Shown here: one piece after another, positions 9,181 to 17,548 of the stretch
Position numbering within the stretch: the stretch's first letter is position 1
Layout: each line of letters begins with the position of its first letter
Virus record (IMG/VR): IMGVR_UViG_3300019776_000252
Coordinates: 1 to 64,000 of that record
Strand: one strand, 5' to 3'
Length of the DNA: 64,000 bases
Origin: a virus
Notes under the pieces: model-generated
Seen by the model: only the letters and a program-made list of their open reading frames with translations
The model's database searches: none
What the model was told of the DNA's origin: nothing
Translations under genes and position numbers: made by a program

Positions 9181-10269
9181 TTAAATCTCGTAATGAATGG
9201 TTTTACCAAACGGAGCATTGAACTTCTTATTGTTATGGATTAACCAAACTGTCTCAACAGTATCAAACTGCTGGTAGAACTTGAAGAACCCATCAGTGAA
9301 TATAAGAAGTACTTGAGGCTTATTCTCTTCAGCCCATTTGAGTACTGGTTCAATCCTAGTACCACCTCTTCCAGAGAATTCAACCTTACTCAATTCACGA
9401 ATGTTCTTTACCGTATCAATAGATTTGATCTGAGTATCGAACTGAATGAGGGTTATCTTCTCTGGCTTCATGAACTTCAAAATACCATTTGTCTCAGAGA
9501 TAAAGGTATTGAAGTCATCGTCACTAACAGAACCAGAAGCATCTACTGCAATAGTCAAGCTAATCAAAGCTTCACTATGGAGATTGGGCAGATAGTGATC
9601 TGGAAAGAACCGCTTATTGGGTCTTTTAAAACTGTAATCGTGCTTGTCAAAGGTACGGAAGTACTTCTGCAAGATACGTTGCCAAGGAAGCTTAGGGTTC
9701 AGTAGCTTGTTCAGGAAGATCTGGATATCACCAGGAATAGTTCCTTCAGCATCTTGATCCATCTTGGATTGAATAGCTGCACGAACCAGAATGTCTTCTA
9801 CTTCTTTCTGGAACTCATTAGGATCACCTTCTGTAGGTTCCAGATCTGGCATTGGATTAGGAGGATCTTCAGGAAGAAGCCTATAGACCTCTTCAGCAGA
9901 CATATCCTTGTACTTGTAATCCAACAAACCAATCTTAGGCATTGTGAATCCACGTTCAACTAGCTGAAGATTGATTACATAGTCTGCAGCTACGTTGTAC
10001 TTATTGAATATGAAAGCCTTACCTCGCTCCATGTGCATGTAAGCTACGTGCATAGCCTCATGAATCAGTACAAATATCCGTTCTTCAGGAGACAGGCTCA
10101 AGAAGAACTTAGGATTGAATCTCAGGGTACTGCCATTAGTGGCAGCAGTTGGAATAGATTCATCCCATATAAATTTAAGACTGAATAAGACATTAAAAAA
10201 GAAGGATGAATGAGGTCTGCTCATCAATCCAATCTTTGCCTTATTCAGTGCTATCGTAAGTTCATCCAT
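9181..10269 (-). CDS. Metallopeptidase-like plus vWA domain protein (N4 gp25-like)
   Basis: TAATNG, HEAMH, NVAADYVIN; MIDAS DASGS; GRGGT; IFTDG. Confidence 0.92.
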   Translation of the reverse strand: MDELTIALNKAKIGLMSRPHSSFFFNVLFSLKFIWDESIPTAATNGSTLRFNPKFFLSLSPEERIFVLIHEAMHVAYMHMERGKAFIFNKYNVAADYVINLQLVERGFTMPKIGLLDYKYKDMSAEEVYRLLPEDPPNPMPDLEPTEGDPNEFQKEVEDILVRAAIQSKMDQDAEGTIPGDIQIFLNKLLNPKLPWQRILQKYFRTFDKHDYSFKRPNKRFFPDHYLPNLHSEALISLTIAVDASGSVSDDDFNTFISETNGILKFMKPEKITLIQFDTQIKSIDTVKNIRELSKVEFSGRGGTRIEPVLKWAEENKPQVLLIFTDGFFKFYQQFDTVETVWLIHNNKKFNAPFGKTIHYEI

Positions 10270-10321
10270 ATAAATCCTTATAGGAGGAACTTCCTCCAAT
10301 CAACCAAGCGCAGGATGCGCC

Positions 10322-10501
10322 TTACTTAGTCTGATACTGCAACAAACGTGCAGTATTCTTGGTGTAATACGTAACCATTTGAGTGTGATAAGCCAATGCA
10401 TCTTCATGCTTCAAGAGCTGACGTTTGCACTCTTCATAGTCTCGTTTGGCAATTTCTTCAGCAGTTGGTTTAGCAAACCAACCAATAATCATTTGAAACA
10501 T
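10322..10501 (-). CDS. Small hypothetical protein (59 aa)
   Basis: Translated by hand: MFQMIIGWFAKPTAEEIAKRDYEECKRQLL... Confidence 0.55.
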   Translation of the reverse strand: MFQMIIGWFAKPTAEEIAKRDYEECKRQLLKHEDALAYHTQMVTYYTKNTARLLQYQTK

Positions 10502-10513
10502 AGTATTTAGGAC

Positions 10514-10539
10514 AAAAAAAGCCCACGCTAAGGTGGGCT
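10514..10539 (-). terminator. Intrinsic terminator after Nmad5
   Basis: GCCCAC/GTGGGC stem with A7 on the plus strand (U-tract on the minus transcript). Confidence 0.75.
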
Positions 10540-10561
10540 AAAGGGAGGTTTCGAAAAGCAA

Positions 10562-11083
10562 TTAGATTGTAATACGCTTTTGGTTCTTAGGCCAACCAGC
10601 TTTTACAAAATCACTGAGGATATTAGCTACAGCAGGTAGATTCTTAGTTACTGCTTTGGCTTCATCTGCAGGTAGATACTTCTCAAACTCAGGAAGCAAC
10701 TCAACCAATGCCTTACGAGTAGTACAGGCATAAGCAGCACCATGAAGCTTCCCACGAAGTTCTCTATGCTTTTTATGTTGTTCTTCTTGTTTGGAAACCA
10801 AATCCAAAACTATTGCTCGTGCTTTAGGTGTAAGACTGAGCTTTTCATAAGGAATCATTGGAACGTTTATAGAACTTACTCCATTGATCTCAAATGATGT
10901 GTAGCCCCTATTAATGTACCGAGAAGTCTTAGGATTCTTATAGACCTCTTTAACAGTCTCTGGAAGACTATTAACAATGTCTTCATGAATAAGTGTAGTG
11001 ATCTTAGTATGGTAATCAACACTGGGTACATCTGCCATAGCAGCATTTACAAAAGCATCACGAATAAAGTTAGTCAAACGCAT
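10562..11083 (-). CDS. Nmad5-family (nucleotide-modification-associated domain 5) protein
   Basis: MRLTxxIRDAxV N-terminus and TTRKALVELLPEFEKYLP...NLPA C-terminus. Confidence 0.7.
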   Translation of the reverse strand: MRLTNFIRDAFVNAAMADVPSVDYHTKITTLIHEDIVNSLPETVKEVYKNPKTSRYINRGYTSFEINGVSSINVPMIPYEKLSLTPKARAIVLDLVSKQEEQHKKHRELRGKLHGAAYACTTRKALVELLPEFEKYLPADEAKAVTKNLPAVANILSDFVKAGWPKNQKRITI

Positions 11084-11093
11084 ATATTTCCTT

Positions 11094-12107
11094 TTAAATC
11101 AATTCCATTGCAGCTTTACTGATCCACTCTTGCATACTCGGATGAGCAGCTAGTGGTTTATTCCTACGAACAATAGCTCGGTTAGTTACTACCTGAAACT
11201 CTACTGGCATACGGTTAATGAACACCATAAGAGCTTTCAGGTTCTCTTTAGTTGCATGTTCTGCAATAGAACCTGTAATAGCCCACAGAATGCTAGGTTC
11301 AGTAGGCATTACTGCTTTCTCAGGATTGTTTTCAATCTGAGGAACAGTAATAAGGTTCTTGTAGATCTTTGTATAAGTCAAGAACTCCCTTGCTACACCT
11401 TCTCCTAGCGTTCCAGCCAACAGAGGAAGAGTATCAGGATCGTCAAGCTCAGAATGCTCAAGAATATCATTGGCAAATTCCCATGTACGCAGACAAGCAT
11501 AGGTCTTATCTGTGTGATCTGGCTTAAAGGTATATAGATTGCCTGGTTTAAAGTTCAAATGGCTAGTAATCATATGATTAATGCCATTCTCATTAGCCCA
11601 GTCCATCCATTCCTTCAGATCAGGCATTGTTTCAATATGAATAAGCCGTGATTGAAGTGCTGTACTCATTTCATTGGTGATAGCACCATCTGAATCCTTA
11701 TTACCAGCACAAACAATAGCTACATTCTTATGAAGATGGTTCTGACCTACCATCTTGTCCAAGACTATCTTGTAAGCAGCAGCTTGAACTGCAGTAGAAG
11801 CAGCATTGAACTCATCCAAGAACAATAACCAACCTGAATAGCCTTCAGGAATCTCATCTCCCTCAATAGGAAAGGTATCCATAGGCAAATAACTTGCTCT
11901 AGTACCTTTAATGTTGGGGAATCCATTCAGATCTGTTGGATCACACTGGCTTAAGCGTAAATCAATAACCTTAAGGTTAAATTGTTTAGCAATAGCGTGA
12001 ACAGCCTGAGATTTACCACAGCCAGGACTACCAATAAGCATAGGCACTTTACGTGCCTTAATACATTTGATGATCATGGATGTAGCTTGTTTAAGCTTAA
12101 CTTGCAT
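11094..12107 (-). CDS. MoxR-like AAA+ ATPase (N4 gp24-like)
   Basis: GSPGCGKS, DLRLSQCDPTDL, LFLDEFN, CAGN, ALQSRL. Confidence 0.93.
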   Translation of the reverse strand: MQVKLKQATSMIIKCIKARKVPMLIGSPGCGKSQAVHAIAKQFNLKVIDLRLSQCDPTDLNGFPNIKGTRASYLPMDTFPIEGDEIPEGYSGWLLFLDEFNAASTAVQAAAYKIVLDKMVGQNHLHKNVAIVCAGNKDSDGAITNEMSTALQSRLIHIETMPDLKEWMDWANENGINHMITSHLNFKPGNLYTFKPDHTDKTYACLRTWEFANDILEHSELDDPDTLPLLAGTLGEGVAREFLTYTKIYKNLITVPQIENNPEKAVMPTEPSILWAITGSIAEHATKENLKALMVFINRMPVEFQVVTNRAIVRRNKPLAAHPSMQEWISKAAMELI

Positions 12108-12315
12108 ACTTTTCCTCGTTGATGATCAACGGATCATCTATGTGTTGGTGATACCAGATAGCAGATTCAAGAGTCCTAAAGTGGACTGTATGACTGTCTT
12201 TATAGCTTGCAATCCAAGGCTGGACTACACATTTATCTGGACGATAGGTAACTCTTCGTTCTCCACTCTCGCTCTTGAATGTTCTAGCGAGGTAGTATTC
12301 CTTGATTTTGCTCAT
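12097..12315 (-). CDS. Hypothetical protein
   Basis: Packed ORF. Confidence 0.55.
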   Translation of the reverse strand: MSKIKEYYLARTFKSESGERRVTYRPDKCVVQPWIASYKDSHTVHFRTLESAIWYHQHIDDPLIINEEKYAS

Positions 12316-12490
12316 GGTTTACCTTAAGCAATGTATTGTGATAGGTCATTAGTAATACAAACATCATGTTCTTACTTGCTACTGGCAAGGTTGAATCAGC
12401 ATATTCAATTACCTCATTCAAACTGTTCATTGTGGGGAACAAGTTCATAGGAACCGCACGGATGTGCGGCTTTAGGCTTGTGACTGTCAT
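12284..12490 (-). CDS. Conserved small N4-like protein
   Basis: LFPT..SL.EV...LMTYHNTLLK motif. Confidence 0.65.
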   Translation of the reverse strand: MTVTSLKPHIRAVPMNLFPTMNSLNEVIEYADSTLPVASKNMMFVLLMTYHNTLLKVNHEQNQGILPR

Positions 12491-12690
12491 TGACTATCTC
12501 GCGCTTTCATCATTGCATCAGCCATTCCATAAGCTGTGTTACAGACTCTTTTTTCGTCTTTATATTCATAGGGATTAGCCAGCAATCCTTGCATTGCTTT
12601 AGCAGCAAAGTAATCTCGTAGATCCATACCAGCCCAATCTCCTTCAGTCATTGGAAATGCTGGTATGTATGGTCGTTGTACTGTTGTCAT
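12487..12690 (-). CDS. Conserved phage protein (GMxLRDYFAAKAMQ family)
   Basis: PAFP...GMDLRDYFAAKAMQGLL...AYGMADAMMKAR. Confidence 0.8.
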   Translation of the reverse strand: MTTVQRPYIPAFPMTEGDWAGMDLRDYFAAKAMQGLLANPYEYKDEKRVCNTAYGMADAMMKARDSQ

Positions 12691-12748
12691 ATTTAGTTCC
12701 TGTCTATCTATAGGCTGTCTATCGTATAAAAATCACTTTTTGTGAAAG

Positions 12749-13399
12749 TTAGTATCCCGCTTTTAATAGAAGTAGCTTGTCGGTAAAGTACTCAAGATAT
12801 TTACGTACTGCTTCTTTTACTAGCTGGTCTGGTTCTGCTCTAATTACTTTATTAGCAGCAATTCGTTTTGCATTGATGTAAGCATCAATGGCTTCAGGTA
12901 CTGTGTTGTATGAACCAACCCAAGTTCTTTTGGCATTACCATAGCTGATGCCTACTTCATACTTGCCTTTACGGGCATAGATACCTACAGGAAGATTGCC
13001 TCTGTCATTAGCACGCTCATTGAAGAGAGAGTTCACTTGTCTAGATACAAAAAGACATGTATTTGGTGAATAGACTTTCTTATCTAATGAGAGTAAATCT
13101 TTATCCAGTTGCTTATCCTTCCAATCTTTAGATAGCATCCATTGTTTGAATGCCATAAAGGAATGCCATTCGGGATCAACAGTGCAACCAACATATGTTG
13201 GATTTTTCTTTAACCATTGGGGAGAATAGCAACGAGTGAACATATGCTTCCAACGCATAAAGTATGGGCAGTAATAAATCTTATTATTAACTCGTAGTGT
13301 GGTTTGATAAGGTGCATCGTTTATTCCAACTCGCCATACCAAACTACGTTTCATTCCACGCTTATCTGTCTTACTATCTAATGATATTTCTTTGAACAT
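12749..13399 (-). CDS. HNH-type homing endonuclease with AP2-like C-terminal domain
   Basis: WKHMFTRCY...YVGCTV..EW..F..F..W, QLDKDLL, YSPNTCLFV...N; VGSYNTVPEAIDAY; ATG at 13399 preferred over TTG at 13426. Confidence 0.85.
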   Translation of the reverse strand: MFKEISLDSKTDKRGMKRSLVWRVGINDAPYQTTLRVNNKIYYCPYFMRWKHMFTRCYSPQWLKKNPTYVGCTVDPEWHSFMAFKQWMLSKDWKDKQLDKDLLSLDKKVYSPNTCLFVSRQVNSLFNERANDRGNLPVGIYARKGKYEVGISYGNAKRTWVGSYNTVPEAIDAYINAKRIAANKVIRAEPDQLVKEAVRKYLEYFTDKLLLLKAGY

Positions 13400-13474
13400 A
13401 TACGCCTTATTAAGTGAGATATTCAAACTATATCAAATATCGGTGTTATCGGTTGAGAACTTTTTAGAAGTTCT

Positions 13475-13510
13475 AAAAAAATAAGGATCTATCCTTTCGG
13501 ATAGACCCTT
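13475..13510 (-). terminator. Intrinsic terminator after RNAP II subunit 2
   Basis: TCTATCC-TTTC-GGATAGA stem (GAAA loop on the transcript) plus A7. Confidence 0.75.
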
Positions 13511-13542
13511 TTTCCAACTCACCAAGGCGCAGAATGCGCCTA

Positions 13543-14781
13543 TTAGGACAATGCGTAATTAGACTTCCTAATAAGTTCTCCTAGATTACTAGACAACTTC
13601 TTATACTTCAAAGGAGTTCTATACAACTGACCTAACAAGTCATCAACCAAGTCACTTTCAGCTATCTCAGCCAATACATTAATGTATGTCTGACGTAGTA
13701 CATTCATATTGTTAGCGTGACACTTGAACTCATCATGAACAGTTACAACCTCGAATGGCTTATAACTAAGCATGTATTCAACCATCTCTGCTAACTTCTT
13801 GAGATGTACTACATTGATATATCCCATGCTTTCTACTTCCAAATGAGGAAGTATTACAGCATCGGCTATACCGCTACGTTCATACTGCTTTACATAGTAT
13901 TGAACCTCTTGGCTTACACCCAGAGTAGCTGTTTCCTCACCCATAGAACGCTTAATCAGTTCAATCTCAATCAGATTAGCTGCTCTTTGAACCATCTCAC
14001 GGTCATAGTTACATCTCCGATGAATAGTTCTCAGAACATATGCATCTACTGAGTGAACCACATTAGCCACATTAGAGAGACCCTTAGCTGTACCTTCATT
14101 CTCATAGAACTCATAGGTAAAGCTAGAGTGTCCAAGCTCATCAACCTCAATACGAGCTTCCTTCTTGGTCATAACCTTAACCCTAGCGTCAAATCCATCT
14201 GGAAGCTTCCATTCATGTACCAATGCAAAGGCATTCCAGCTATTCAACAAGTCCTGTAGCAGTTCCCAAGCACCTGGAGCAACCCTAATTGCAGCCTCAT
14301 AGAAGGCATTCAACTCAGGCGTATCCTCACCAAATATCTCCTTTGGCTTGGCTTTAGAACCATAGAAACTAGTCATCAGAGCCTCCTTAGCCTGCTGCCT
14401 AGACACTCCAACAGTACTTCCAAGGATGTTTTGCATCTCGTTAGTAACTGCTGAATAGGCATCTGCACGCTTATTAGGATCTACTAGACCAGTAGCAGTA
14501 GCTCCAGCTACACAGCCTGTAAGAACAGACATAAGCTGGATACCACTACAGCAAGCATCAAAGCCTACCAAGTGACCTGTAGGCTTACCTTGTTGAGCTT
14601 TCCTCAGAGCCATTACAGCCTTCTGATACAGAGGCTTGTTATCTGCATCAACTTCAAGGCTCTCAAGCTTATCCATATTGGTTTTAACCCACTGGATACG
14701 ATCCTCAAATAGCAGCTTATCTAGGCCAAATTGATTGGCAATATCAATCAATAAATACTCGTAACCAGTAAATGTTTTCAT
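13543..14781 (-). CDS. RNA polymerase II subunit 2 (N4 gp16-like)
   Basis: Motif A GFDACCSGIQ, motif B RQQAKEALMTSFYGS, ANVVHSVDA, motif C VHDEF. Confidence 0.95.
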   Translation of the reverse strand: MKTFTGYEYLLIDIANQFGLDKLLFEDRIQWVKTNMDKLESLEVDADNKPLYQKAVMALRKAQQGKPTGHLVGFDACCSGIQLMSVLTGCVAGATATGLVDPNKRADAYSAVTNEMQNILGSTVGVSRQQAKEALMTSFYGSKAKPKEIFGEDTPELNAFYEAAIRVAPGAWELLQDLLNSWNAFALVHEWKLPDGFDARVKVMTKKEARIEVDELGHSSFTYEFYENEGTAKGLSNVANVVHSVDAYVLRTIHRRCNYDREMVQRAANLIEIELIKRSMGEETATLGVSQEVQYYVKQYERSGIADAVILPHLEVESMGYINVVHLKKLAEMVEYMLSYKPFEVVTVHDEFKCHANNMNVLRQTYINVLAEIAESDLVDDLLGQLYRTPLKYKKLSSNLGELIRKSNYALS

Positions 14782-14789
14782 AAAACCTC

Positions 14790-15023
14790 CTATTTATGTA
14801 ATAACAGCTTAATATTTAACTCTTTAGGTATTTTTATATACATTGGTTTCCACCAACGCATTCCACCATCAACATCCAGATCTACTATCCACCACTTAGT
14901 TACATTGTGATGAAACTCAGCAGCAGGGTTATATAACCAAGTACCTTCAGGATATGAATTAGAAGCTGGAACTTGGTCATACTTATTAACCTCACCATCT
15001 GGTTTAAATACTATGTATTTCAT
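14790..15023 (-). CDS. Hypothetical protein
   Basis: Trp-rich 77-aa ORF with AAGGA SD. Confidence 0.6.
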   Translation of the reverse strand: MKYIVFKPDGEVNKYDQVPASNSYPEGTWLYNPAAEFHHNVTKWWIVDLDVDGGMRWWKPMYIKIPKELNIKLLLHK

Positions 15024-15178
15024 GATTTATCCTTGAGTTGATTAACTCCCATTGCCTTTAAATACTCTTCCCTAGTTTTTAACTCTGGATATCCACATTT
15101 AGGGCAAGCAGGAACATATCTACCGTAGAACTCATAAGACCAGAAGCATTTACCGCAGACATTACTATTGAAGCTCAT
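15020..15178 (-). CDS. Zn-ribbon protein (52 aa)
   Basis: MSFNSNVCGKCFWSYEFYGRYVPACPKCGYPE...; ATGA overlaps with RNAP1 and the next gene. Confidence 0.65.
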   Translation of the reverse strand: MSFNSNVCGKCFWSYEFYGRYVPACPKCGYPELKTREEYLKAMGVNQLKDKS

Positions 15179-16074
15179 GGCATACCCTCAATTAATTCCT
15201 CATTGGCTAATTCCACCATTGCTTTCTTAAATGGAGCACCTTGAGTATTAACGTGATAACCCTGAGAGTAAATTCTTCCTCTCTTATCTACCTTATGGGT
15301 CAGATAGAACCTATTATTCTGTTGAGCTAACAAGGTATAAACCTTATAAGACTGCTTCTTAAAAGCATTCCATTGCTCAACTTTCTCTTGAGTATCTAAC
15401 TCAAATGTAGGTTCTTCTTCGTAAGTACTCAGATAAGCTGTATCCAGCTTAAGAGCTACTTTATTCATAGTATTAAGAACATCAAGACACAGATCACCAC
15501 CATGATGATTACCTGTACCAAGCATCACACTGTCATTAAAGGACAGATATCCGCTTGAATAGTTATTCTCTAGATCCAATGGTTCACACACCATAGGAGG
15601 TAAATAACCACTATTCTCAATCCTAAATACTAATGAATCAGGGAATGGCATTCTGCTAATTACCATTAACGATGCCATCTTATTAGCCTTAATAATGTCA
15701 AATACATCTGTATTACAGAGTATCGCCATTAACTCAGCCACAGTTTTAATACTATCTGCACGATCTGAGAATCCCAATCTACCAGCCATTTGAGCAGTAA
15801 CAGAGGTAAATAACTCTTCCTTGGTGCAATAACTAGCACCAATAAAGATACCTAATACTACCTCTTGAATATCTAGTGTCTTAAGCTGATCTATTCTCTT
15901 GGCTTTACTGTCATAGTAACTACCACTTAGATAATCTTGAACAAGGCTAATACCTTGCTCAATCTTCTCCTGATAGTTATCAATAATGAACTGCTTGATA
16001 TCTCTATCAATCAACTTCCTACTAAAGTTCTGTTCATTTGTTTCTTGCCAGATAATGTCTCTCATGGTTTCCAT
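15175..16074 (-). CDS. RNA polymerase II subunit 1 (N4 gp15-like)
   Basis: PPMVCEP, SGYL, FYLTHKVDKRGRIYSQGYHVNTQG (DxxGR motif). Confidence 0.95.
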   Translation of the reverse strand: METMRDIIWQETNEQNFSRKLIDRDIKQFIIDNYQEKIEQGISLVQDYLSGSYYDSKAKRIDQLKTLDIQEVVLGIFIGASYCTKEELFTSVTAQMAGRLGFSDRADSIKTVAELMAILCNTDVFDIIKANKMASLMVISRMPFPDSLVFRIENSGYLPPMVCEPLDLENNYSSGYLSFNDSVMLGTGNHHGGDLCLDVLNTMNKVALKLDTAYLSTYEEEPTFELDTQEKVEQWNAFKKQSYKVYTLLAQQNNRFYLTHKVDKRGRIYSQGYHVNTQGAPFKKAMVELANEELIEGMP

Positions 16075-16076
16075 GA

Positions 16077-16442
16077 TTACTCCTTAATAACAACAAATAC
16101 AGTCTTACCCTGTTTCTTCATGTAATTAATCATGTGCTCAGTGCCTTTGGATTTACCATCCCAAAAGGCAATAAGTCCATCTGCGAAGTCACCCATTTCT
16201 TGGTTTCTTACATATCCAGCACGTTTACCGTACTTAGCCCAATTAGCAGGGAACTCATGTACCTGAATACCGTGCTTATGAGCAAACATATAGCCAAGTG
16301 CATCTGCACCTCTAGCCATTCCACTAACAATAGATACTGTCTTATCAGCCAATTCAGTATCATGAATGGCATAGATAGCTCGTACCATCAAGTCATAGTC
16401 ATCGAAGTCTCTACTACCAGCAATAATCAATTTGTAGTCCAT
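16077..16442 (-). CDS. SLOG/DUF2493 (YspA-like) protein (N4 gp14-like)
   Basis: IIAGSRDF, VSGMARGAD, AGYVRNQEM, AFWDGKSKGT. Confidence 0.88.
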   Translation of the reverse strand: MDYKLIIAGSRDFDDYDLMVRAIYAIHDTELADKTVSIVSGMARGADALGYMFAHKHGIQVHEFPANWAKYGKRAGYVRNQEMGDFADGLIAFWDGKSKGTEHMINYMKKQGKTVFVVIKE

Positions 16443-16496
16443 ATCAATTCCTTTGTCTGTCTATTAGCCACATTACTGTACTTATATACAGTAAAC

Positions 16497-16516
16497 CCAT
16501 AGCAACCACGAAGTGG
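16497..16516 (-). promoter_or_regulatory. vRNAP hairpin promoter P4 (drives SLOG-RNAP II operon)
   Basis: Template (+) strand CCATAGCAA-CCAC-GAA-GTGG. Confidence 0.85.
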
Positions 16517-16529
16517 CAAGACACGAAAG

Positions 16530-16556
16530 AAAAAACATAACTTCCCCGAAGGGAAG
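16530..16556 (-). terminator. Terminator with UUCG loop after the micropeptide
   Basis: CTTCCC-CGAA-GGGAAG plus A-tract. Confidence 0.75.
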
Positions 16557-16563
16557 CCATATT

Positions 16564-16629
16564 TCAGTCGAAGTACACATCGAGTTCCATATCGAAGTAC
16601 TCAAACTCATCGTCAATAAACAGGAACAT
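16564..16629 (-). CDS. 21-aa acidic/aromatic early micropeptide MFLFIDDEFEYFDMELDVYFD
   Basis: ATG with GGAG SD; only plausible ORF between promoter P3 and the terminator. Confidence 0.7.
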   Translation of the reverse strand: MFLFIDDEFEYFDMELDVYFD

Positions 16630-16655
16630 AGGAGTCTCCAAGTAAGGCAGGATTG

Positions 16656-16675
16656 CCATTACAACTGCGAAGCAG
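16656..16675 (-). promoter_or_regulatory. vRNAP hairpin promoter P3
   Basis: CCATTACAA-CTGC-GAA-GCAG (contains the GCGAAGC mini-hairpin). Confidence 0.85.
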
Positions 16676-16687
16676 GATGTAGGAGAT

Positions 16688-16724
16688 AAAAAAAGATACT
16701 AGTAAACCCGAAGGTCTACTAGTA
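16688..16724 (-). terminator. Terminator with UUCG loop after the gp2-like gene
   Basis: TACTAGTA..CC-CGAA-GG..TACTAGTA plus A7. Confidence 0.75.
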
Positions 16725-16732
16725 GTGCTGGA

Positions 16733-17005
16733 TTAGTCCAGCTTAAAGCCCACTTGGGACTTCTCATCTGCCAAGCGGAAATCAGCAGTCAATGCTGCCA
16801 ATACCTTTTGGACACGAGTGGGATCAGCTTTGAGCCAATCAATCAATCCCTTCTCTGCGACATTAGTGTCACGCAAGGGAATTGCACCGAATTTCTTCGG
16901 CTTACCTGTAACGCTGTCAGGCAGATACAAGTTCATGAAAGCAGATGCTTTCCAGTTAGCATTTTGTTGAGCAGATGCTTGATTGTTTTCGATTTGAAAG
17001 GCCAT
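16733..17005 (-). CDS. Probable N4 gp2-like ssDNA-binding RNAP II activator
   Basis: Start MAFQIEN (GGAG SD); WKASAFMNLYLP...GAIPL motif; second early gene. Confidence 0.65.
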   Translation of the reverse strand: MAFQIENNQASAQQNANWKASAFMNLYLPDSVTGKPKKFGAIPLRDTNVAEKGLIDWLKADPTRVQKVLAALTADFRLADEKSQVGFKLD

Positions 17006-17052
17006 TTGAGTACTCCAATATAGATGTTGAGATGAACATACGATATGTATGT

Positions 17053-17072
17053 CCATAACAACCGCGAAGCGG
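17053..17072 (-). promoter_or_regulatory. vRNAP hairpin promoter P2
   Basis: CCATAACAA-CCGC-GAA-GCGG. Confidence 0.87.
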
Positions 17073-17242
17073 AATATAGGAGAGCGATAGAGTATCGGGA
17101 ATATATCGGTATTGGAGAGAGATATAGATGGTATATGGTTGGAGTTATAAAGTGAGTGAATACTATATGCTGAGTCGTATAGTCCTACTCTCACCAATAA
17201 CCTGAGAGTTAAATCTTTCTACTTAATAAACTGACTATCTCA

Positions 17243-17276
17243 GTGTGTAGTTGTGTGTAATGGTATTAAGTGTGTA
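17243..17276. repeat. Three GTGTGTA direct repeats
   Basis: Copies start at 17243, 17253 and 17270. Confidence 0.6.
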
Positions 17277-17279
17277 GTT

Positions 17280-17315
17280 AAAAAAAATAGGCTACTACTC
17301 CGTAGAGTAGTAACC
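17280..17315 (-). terminator. Terminator with UACG loop after the first early gene
   Basis: TACTACTC-CGTA-GAGTAGTA plus A8. Confidence 0.78.
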
Positions 17316-17322
17316 AGTGATG

Positions 17323-17514
17323 TTAGATCTTGATACCAGATGCTTCTTCTAATGCTTTCTTCTTGCTTAGACGCTCTGCTCGTGCTTCCTCTGCGAATGA
17401 TGCTGCTGTTTCTTCAGACCATTCTGCAAGGTGATTAAGAGCTTGTGCTGCTTTATTAGTAGCTCCGAAGATAGTAGCTAGTGCATCCCAGAGAGCTTGT
17501 AGTGCTTTACCCAT
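17323..17514 (-). CDS. First early gene, gp1-like amphipathic helical protein
   Basis: GAGG SD; lies between P1 and a terminator; position equals N4 gp1. Confidence 0.7.
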   Translation of the reverse strand: MGKALQALWDALATIFGATNKAAQALNHLAEWSEETAASFAEEARAERLSKKKALEEASGIKI

Positions 17515-17548
17515 GATAAACCTCGTATATATACAGTTCGACAGTGAA

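Noticed and set aside
10562-11083. DNA hypermodification pathway implied by Nmad5
   Set aside because: No PurZ, deazaguanine, hydroxymethylase or glycosyltransferase genes seen; dut and thyX indicate ordinary thymidine DNA.
17006-17197. N-terminal extension of the gp2-like ORF
   Set aside because: Spans promoter P2; the SD-supported start is 17005.
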